Positions 52,601 to 61,600 of a stretch of DNA of 64,000 bases are shown piece after piece; the stretch's first letter is position 1; every line of letters begins with the position of its first letter. Where the stretch lies: positions 1,070,624 to 1,134,623 of the forward strand of contig JBFLYH010000002.1 in NCBI GenBank assembly GCA_040756875.1, written 5' to 3'. Position numbers and translations under genes: made by a program. The notes under the pieces were generated by a model, which was not told the DNA's origin, ran no database searches, and saw nothing but the letters and a program-made list of their open reading frames with translations. Source of the DNA: a candidate division FCPU426 bacterium. Its GTDB lineage: Bacteria > Oederibacteriota > JAAXVQ01 > JAUVAV01.

Positions 52601-55600
52601 CCCTCCTGTTGCCCGCCGTGACCAAAGCCATCATCAAAGCCGTTATTGCCAAGATTATCGTCGACTTGTTCCTGATGCTTTGCCCGGAAGCCAGCCCGAT
52701 TTTGACGGCTTTCGTATCCCTGGCTGCCGGATTGCTGGCCGGCGGCTTGGCAGAAATGATCGTGGATGGCAAAGGGTTCGTCGACGCCTTTAAAGCGTCT
52801 TTGAACGAATCGTTGGGGAATTTCTTTACGGATCCCAAAGCTACGGTGGGGACGTTACTCTCTTCTCCCATGGCGTTACAACTTTATCAAGTGCTGGTTG
52901 AAGCCGGCGTGGTGCAGATTATGAAGAGCGCCGGATATACCGACGCGTATGCGCAACTGGTTGGAAGCATGGTGTCCGCGTTCGCCGTAGGCGGATTGAC
53001 GTTTGCTTTAAAAGGGGATCAAGGCAATAAGTTCGTTAATTTCGTGACCATGGTAATGGTGCAGCCGATCGCCACGACTATATCCACTTGGTACAGTACG
53101 GAAGTGGCTCCGTTGTTAAAAGAGCAAGGTTATTCCAGTTTGCAAACCATGCATTTTGCCCAAAACTTGGCTGGATTTGTCAATTTATTTGCACCAGTCG
53201 CGACGCCCGTTGTCAATCAGGCAACAGGCGAAGTGAAATGGAAAGTCACGCTGACTATTATCGATAAATTCGAAAAAATGTTCAAAAAGGAGGAACCCGC
53301 CACCTCTTCGACGGGGACGACCTCTGCGAAATCAGACACCACGCCGCCGGTTCAGCAAAAACCCGTGTCAATCGAACCGGCGCTGGAGCCGAAAGTGGCA
53401 AACGCACTGCAATCGCCCGGGTTGACCGGCCCCACGCAAACGTTGGGAATACGGTTGGGATTCGATCAGATGTCGCAGTATTCGATGCCACAGCTGTCAA
53501 TGTCCAATGCCACCCAATCCGGTGTCATGTACAGCATGATGCCGCCGGAATCGACGCCGACCTTCATGATGGGCTCCAGCGGCAGCAATGGCAATACGTT
53601 TGGAATCGGAACAGGAGTGATGGGTGCAGGCGTAGGCAGCATAGGGTTGGGTTACCAGGGCGGCGTGATGGGCGCCTCGAACTATGGGTTTGCGCCCGGC
53701 CCCAGCCTGCTGTCAGCCCAGGGGCTCCAGGGATCGCCGTCTGCCCTCGGAACCATGAGCCTTAACTTGTATGACTCACCCCTGTCGCCTTTGCGCACGG
53801 ATGAAAGTATAACGCCGTTAAAAACGGCCGAAAACATTTCTCTGCCTTCGCCGGTTGAAGCCGCTAAAACCTCTACCTCGCCCGAGGTTAAAATATCGGA
53901 TGTTCAAAAAGCGGTTGAACAGCCTATCGACAAACCGATTGAGCAGGCAGCCAGTCCTAAACCCACCGCCCAGGATGTCTCGGGCGACAGCAGCCAGCAA
54001 ACCAAGGCTGAAACCAGCACGCGGCCTGAAGTGAACCAGGAGAGATCGGTTCAAAATCCGAACATGAATATCCAGCCGGACACGCAGTTGCCGCAGCCTG
54101 AAAGTATCGCCCAAAACAATCAAACAAGCGCACCCCAGGAGATCAAGGCTCCCCAGGCCGAAACAGCGCCAGAACAGCTCAAAGGCAATTCGACCGACAG
54201 GAATCCTGTGGACCAAACGCCGAAAATGGACGAAAGCAAACCAACAACCTCGCAGGCGCCGGAAATCAAAGACCTGAAGACCAGTGATCTGGTGAAATTC
54301 GAGGATCCCCGGGACAAAGCAGCCAAGGGCGGCTCGGAAACGAGCGCGGCTTCTACCGCTGCCCAAACCGAAGAGACGGCCAAGAACAACAACCGGGTTT
54401 TAGAGAATTCCGGGTCCTACTCCGATGCTTTTGTGCCTAAGCAAGATGCCGCCGGTCAGACGCCGGCGCTTACCCAGGCGACGAGTGGAAGTCCGCAACC
54501 AGCTGCGGTCCAAAGTTTGGTCAATAAACTCCAGGAAACGTTCGTCCTTCCTAAAGAGAGCACTTATTCTTATTCACAAACCCAGAATTCCCAGGGGCAG
54601 ACCCTTACCCAGGTGTTCAACCAGCAGGGCCAGGTGATTGGCGCGCAGGTTGATTTGGGCAATGGCACGCAAATTACCAAGACCTTCGATTACCAGCCAC
54701 TGGCTGCGGCCCAGGGGGCGGAAGGGGCCGCGTCGGCAGCCGGGACCCAGGTCCGTACCTTGACGATGGAGAACGGCGTTATTTCGGAAATGCAAGTTTC
54801 TAAAATCGAGGGTGACAAACTGCAAGTCATTGACAGGAAAACTCCCCAAACGATGGGCGGTTTGGACAAAACCCATGAAGATCGCAATGTCAAACCGAGC
54901 GGGGATACCGTCGAGCGCCGCAATGGCGATCCTCAAGCCACGGCTGCCACAGACGCGACCAAAGGCGCTTCGGTACAGACTCCGGGCGCCGCTGCCGAGG
55001 GATCGACCCAGACCCGGACGCCCCAAACAGGGGAGAAAATACAGGTCAATGTCGGCACCCAGGATCAGCCGGTTAATGTCGAAATGAAGTTTGATCCGAA
55101 GCAAGCCAATCAACCCATGGATATTGAAGCGCCGAATGGTAAAACCTATCGCGTCGGATACGACGCCGCAGGTAAAACCTCGGTGATGGGCGAAGTGAAG
55201 TACGAAGGTTCGTTCTGGAGTTTAAGCCCCAAAGAAGCTGTCTTCATTCCCCAGGGCCAAACCATGGGCTATGGTGACAAGGGGAACGTATATGATTGCT
55301 CCGGCGGCGGCATGAAAATGGTCAAAGGCAATGAATCCGCCACTTTTACGGACAGCCAGGGCAAAACCATCCATATGAACGCCGCCATTTCCACGAGCCT
55401 TAATAACTTGCCCAGTGATGTTAAAGACGCGTTGGTCATGCTTGAAAATCTCAACAGTTCCAACCCCTTGAAACTGACCGAACAGCAAAAGACCGAAATT
55501 GCGGTCTCGGCCACCAACACGCTGCAAAACTACGCCAGCAACCAAGCGCCGGGGTCCGTGGAGCAGCAGCAGGCCATGGGCATGACGTATCAGGCCGAGC

Positions 55601-58600
55601 AGAAGCTTTACTCCCAAAACCCGAATCCTCAACTGCTGGCCCAAATGAGCCAGCATGCCCTGCAAAGCTCCAATCCCCAGTTGATGATGAATGCCGCAGA
55701 CCTTCAGATAAAAAGCGGGCAGGTCGACGCGGCCATGAATACGATTCAGCAGGCCTTAAACAACAACTCGCAGCTTCCGGCCGACCAGAAAGCCTCTTTG
55801 CAATTGAACGCCGCGAACCTCATGCAGTCCACTGGGCAAACCGGCGAGATGTTCCAGCAAACCATGGGCGATGTGGCCAATTACTTCAAAGGGCTGGAAG
55901 GGAAACAAATCCCGCCCGAGGTTCTGACCCAGGCGCTGCAGTATCAATCCATGCTCGAAAAAGCTCCGACGGTTGATCCCGCCCTGGCCAAAGCCCTGCC
56001 GGAAATATCCACTTCGCTGGAGTCCATTTCCAAACAATTGGGGCAGCAGGTTGCCCAGGCTGGATCAAACTTGGCTGAAGGCCAGCAGCGCGCGGTTCCG
56101 GAATTGAACGGCATTGTCACCAAGACCAAGGATGGATTTGCGCTGACCCAGAGAGGCGCGAATGAGACCGCGGTTACGACCACCTTCTCCTCCCAAGGGC
56201 CGGATAATACCATGACCACCAGCAAGATCGAAATCAAACCCTTGTCCGGTGGAAACGCGCTGCAGGTTTACGAGCAGACTGGTGGGCATCTGCAGTTGAC
56301 CAGCCAGCAGACGACCGTCGAAACCACGATGACAGTGAATGGCCAAAAGCAAACCAAGATGGTCGACGCGTTGTTGCCGGTCAACCGAACGGGAGAGGTT
56401 CAGACAATCGCTGTGGTTGATGGCCAACCCTATGTCCTTACTGTCGGCCAAGACAACCGGGCTACAGCGGTTTTGGGTCATACTCCCGAAGCGAACAGCA
56501 GTCTCAATTACCAGCAAGAACTGCCGACGGGAATTAAAATGACCTTCAATCCCGCGGATAATACGGCCACGATTACGTTGCCGGATGGAAGCACTTCGGT
56601 TGTGTCCGGCAAGACGATCCAGACCATGGCGGATGTTGACGCTTTGGGGATCAAGGCAGGAAACACCGCTGATTTGATCGGCAAGATGGCCTTCACGCTC
56701 ACTATACCCGGCAAAGGCAGCGTGACTTTGATCGGGTCAGCCCAGGAGATCCAGGCTGGCAATTACTACGCCGCCGGCACCTGCAAGCCAATCAATCCCA
56801 AGCCTGGCCAGGAAGCGTCGGTATCTTATCTTGCCCAATACCGCGGCGGGAATTTATCCCAAGTCAATTTGGCGGATTCATTCAAAACCACGATTTCTTA
56901 TCAAGCAGCAGACCTTTCCAAATTCACAGTGACGCAAACCAGCGCCGATGGTCAGCGAGTTGCAACATTAAAATACGAAAACAATCAACTGCAAGGCTAT
57001 GGCGTAGAGTATAAGGCTTTCGGCTTGACGTTATTGTACGATGCCAAGGGCGTCATCACCCAGGAATGCCTGCAATACCTCAAGGAAAACAGCGGTAAAG
57101 GGTATACTTTCAAAGCCACCAGTCAGGGCTTCTCACTGACCAATAATAACACTAAATTTGAAGCATTTTTCAGCAATCAGGGCCGTGCTTTGCTCAACCC
57201 GGGCCAAGGCGGCACCAGTGGTGGCTTACAGGAAGTAATGGAATTTGACATCAAGCAAAATGTGAATTTCCAGGTGGCGAAATATGACAATGGGAGCCTG
57301 GGCACGCAAACAGTGCATTATGACCAGATTACCAGGGAACACGTGTTGCTCCAGACGTCATCGGATGGGATGGTCACGAAAACAACCATCACAAGCGACA
57401 TCTCCGGCAGCGTGAGCAGCCGGTTGGTTGAGAATTTGAACATGACCCAAACGGAAAAAGGAACTTTCTCGAAAGACGGGTTGGATACGGGAACGCGTGA
57501 TTTTCAAGCGAAGGTTCTGACGGGTACGGATGAAGGGACAGGAAACAAGGTTCGGCGGGAAAACGTCACCAGCCATGAACAACTGGAAGGCGGTAAAGTT
57601 ATCGAGAGCACCATGCATGTCGGAATGATGGAAATTACGAATCCGGCAGGCGAATTGGTGCAAAGGATGACGGACGTCAGTTACAAGAATGGCGAAATCC
57701 AGTCGGCGGCAAAGATGGAAGCCCCTAAGCAAACGATGACGGGAGTGAAATTTACCGACGGAAAGATATCCTACGCGGCGACGCTTGATTCCGGCGGGCA
57801 ACACATGACGGGTGTGACCTTCCGGCCAGACGGCAGTTTGGAAAAAGCCGTGACGATGACCATTGCAGGAGAAAAAGGCAAACCCGCCACAGAGATGAGA
57901 GGCGTTCGCTTCAACGCGGATGGAACTTTAAACAGGGCGGACTCGTATAAATCCGGCGGGCAGACGATGACCGGCGTGGTTTTCGGGAAGAACAACAGCA
58001 TTTCGTATGCGGCGACAATGACGATAGCCGGAGAGCAGGGCAAACCCGCAACGACGATGAAAGGCGTTACGTTCAACGCGGACGGAACGCTGAACAAAGC
58101 GGATTCCTACAAATCCGGCGGGCAGACGATGACCGGCGTGGTTTTCGGGAAGAACAACAGCATTTCGTATGCAGCGACGATGACGATAGCCGGAGAGCAG
58201 GGCAAACCCGCAACGACGATGAAAGGCGTTACGTTCAACGCGGACGGAACGCTGAACAAAGCGGATTCCTACAAATCCGGCGGGCAGACGATGACCGGCG
58301 TGGTTTTCGGGAAGAACAACAGCATTTCGTATGCAGCGACGATGACGATAGCCGAAGAGCAGGGCAAACCCGCAACGACGATGAAAGGCGTTACGTTCAA
58401 CGCGGATGGAACATTGAATAAAGCGGATTCCTACAAATCCGGCGGCCAAACAATGACTGGCGTAGAGTTTGGCGAAAACAATTCAATTAATTTCGCGAAA
58501 ACCATGACGATTGACGGAGAGCAGGGCAAACCTGCAACCGAGATGAAAGGCGTTCATTTTAATGCGGATGGCACTTTAAAGACCGCGGACAGTTACCAAG

Positions 58601-61600
58601 CCGGCGTGCAAACCATGACCGGCGTAGTCTTTGGAAAAAATAATTCTATTGACTATGCCCAAGGTATGACGGTTGAAGGCGAAAAAGGTAAGCCGGCCAC
58701 GGAAATGAAGGGGGTTCGCTTTAACGCGGATGGGACGCTGAAATCGGCTGACAGTTATGTATGCGGGGACCAGGCAATGACAGGCATACGCTTCGGGGCG
58801 AAAAACAGCATTGAGTTTGCCGCGACTGTGAAGACCCCGAACCGCATGATGTACGATGTTCTGTTTGGCGAAGGAGGAAAGATCAAGGAGGCGGGTCGAA
58901 TTGAGGAAACCATCGCCCGTCAGGACGTGAAAAACGACGCGGGCAAGGTGATCGGCGAAGAACGAGGGGTTCAACGGACGCTTTTGAATGCCAAATTCGA
59001 CGATGCCGGTAACTTGATCAGCGCTACGCAAAAAGCAAGTATTGCGGTCCGCACGGAATTCAACGCTGAAAACGGACGGACTACCGAAAGCCGGAATATC
59101 CGCTCGGAGACAAGGATTGAGGGCGGTAAGATCATCGAAAGCCGGACCGAAGTCGCAGTGGTGCAGACCCGCAACGCTAAAAATATTGTCGTGGACGAGC
59201 AACATAATATCGTAGAGTCGCTCTCCACGGTTTCGGTCAGCGGCAGGGACGTCAAGGTGCAAATCACCCAGACCAAAGACGGTTCGCAGGTGGTCATCAA
59301 CGGCAACAAGGAGCATCAGTTGTCCATGGGCACCGACGTGCGGGTGACGACAGACGGCAAGTCGCTGATCATCCAGGACGCGCGGGGGGTATTACGCGAG
59401 TTCTCGCCTGACGGCAAAGAAACCACGGGCTGGTTCCGTGAACGGGCGAACAATTGGCATGAGTTCACGAACAAGATCAGCGTGGCCTGGAATACCTATG
59501 TGGATCGTTTAGTAAGGCTGGATAACTGGGTGATGGACAGCAATAGCGTGCTGGAAGTTGTTGGGAAAAGCCTGGTGCAGGCCGTTGCAGGCGTGGGAGC
59601 CGCATTTGCCTTCCTCGGCAGCGTGGTGCTGGATGCCAGCCTCACGCTCGTTATACAGCAAGTCGGGGCGATTCTTGGACCTACGCTAGAATGGACAATC
59701 AATTTAGCCCTGTACCCGGTTGCAGCGGCCGTCTATTTGACCACCGGCGAATCGCTGGGCCGCATGACCCTGGATTCCATCAAGGGAGGCATTGCCGCGG
59801 CCTTCGCACCCATCGATCGGGGCATTCAGGCCATGCAAGCCAAGATCCTGGGCTGGGCTGAGTCGGCCCTGACCAACGCAGAACTCTCCAACAGCCAGTT
59901 TGGCAAATGGGGATACGGCGCCTTGGCTGCAGGATTGAAAGTGTTGGGTGAAAATTTGCCCATTATTCTCATCATGGCTCCAAAGCTGATTGATATTGTC
60001 GCGCCCGGAGTGGGAACGGCCATCAGCGCGGTTTTGGGGACTCTCTTGCTCGCCAAAGATGCCGTGATTCATGGATTGGCCCATATGTACCAGACGTTCT
60101 TTGTGGCTCCATTTAATAACATTTCAATGGGGCTTTCCCAACTGTCGAACGCCTTGTTCAATCCACAGGATAGCGGCCTTTCTCAGCTGCGGCAGGTCGT
60201 TAACGGAGTGGTTTCCATTGGCAACGGAATAGTAGGGCTGGTATTTGCCAGGCAAATGCTTAAAGAGGCTTTCACGGAAGCAAAAGCTGAGGTCACGGAA
60301 AAAGCCGCTACACCCGCCAAGGCGAACCTCGCCGCCTTTTTGGAAAAGGGAGGACTTGAAGCGCTTGGTAAAGTCATGGAGATGAATTTGGGCAAATTCT
60401 TGGAGACTTTCATGAAGTTGCCTGAAGGTTCTTTGAAAAACATGAGTTGGAGCAACTTAAACCTTAAAGAAGCCCTTTATAACCATAATGGGGCCAGAAT
60501 CAGTCTGGGTGAAATGCTGAAGAGTCCCAACGGCGCAGCTCAACTCATGATGATATTAAAGGGCGAGAATTTCCGGCTTGGCAGCTTGGAATTCCAGATG
60601 CCGGCACCCAAACCCTCATTCACCCAGCGAATGGCCATGGGGATACAGAAGGCGCTGGGACGGGAACCGCAGGCTTCCGGCCCGATCACCAAGCCACTGA
60701 CCCAGTTGGTCCGTCCGTCTCAAATCGGGCAGGCCATTTGCCCGGCTGCCATCCTGCCGGCGGCCCGGGTTTTTGTCTCTGCGTTCATTAATCACCAAAT
60801 ACAATCCCTGGCCAACGTTGGCCGGGTCATGGGAGCCTTTGGACGTTGGGTCGGCAGCTTTAGTTTCATGCAGCCGGTTACCCGGGGCATGTCTTCCATG
60901 GTGCAGGCCGTGCAAGGGGCGGTTTCAAAAGTGTGGAACAGCCCGGTTGCCAGGATGTTCTATCCAGAAGCGCTCCGCACCGCGGCTCCGGGCATTGCCC
61001 AGGCATTGCGCGCCGGGTCTTTCAAGGAGGCGGGCAGCCTGGCTGCCGCGGCTTTCAGGCAGGTCGGGACTAATTTGCAGAAAGCCCTGTTGGATCTGCC
61101 GCAAGCTGTAAAAGCACGCCTAAGCGCAGGTGTGACGCTTGCCGGCTCGGGTAATGCGCCAGTGCGCGCCGCGGAAATGATGGCAAGAACCGGCATGGCT
61201 GAAAACGTCGCCGAACCCCTGACCGAAGCCACAGCTAAGCAAAGGGCGTTGGATGTGCAGGCGTCGGAACGAGGCGAAACCGCGGAGATTGGCAAAACCT
61301 TAAGTGTGGTAGGAGACGGCCAGTCTTCGGGTGTCGGGGAGTCCGGGGTTGTGAAGCCGACGGTTTCATCGGAAACCACCGGCGCGAAATCCGAGGGCCC
61401 CGGCGCGGGAACGGAAAAATCCGCTTCGCAGGGAACGGGGACGAAAGGCGCCGGCGCCGGAGTGCCTTCCGAAGCCGTGGCGAAAATCCAGGGCCAAGTG
61501 GACCGGTTGCAGCAAACCGCTGGCCAGCAGCGCTCTCAGTTGGAAAGCGCTCAAAAGTCGAATCTGCCGCAAGGCGAGATTGCCAGGTTAGAACAGCAGC

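Noticed and set aside
16224-58776. Diversity-generating retroelement acting on the repeats
   Set aside because: No reverse transcriptase in the window, and differences between repeats are not adenine-specific.
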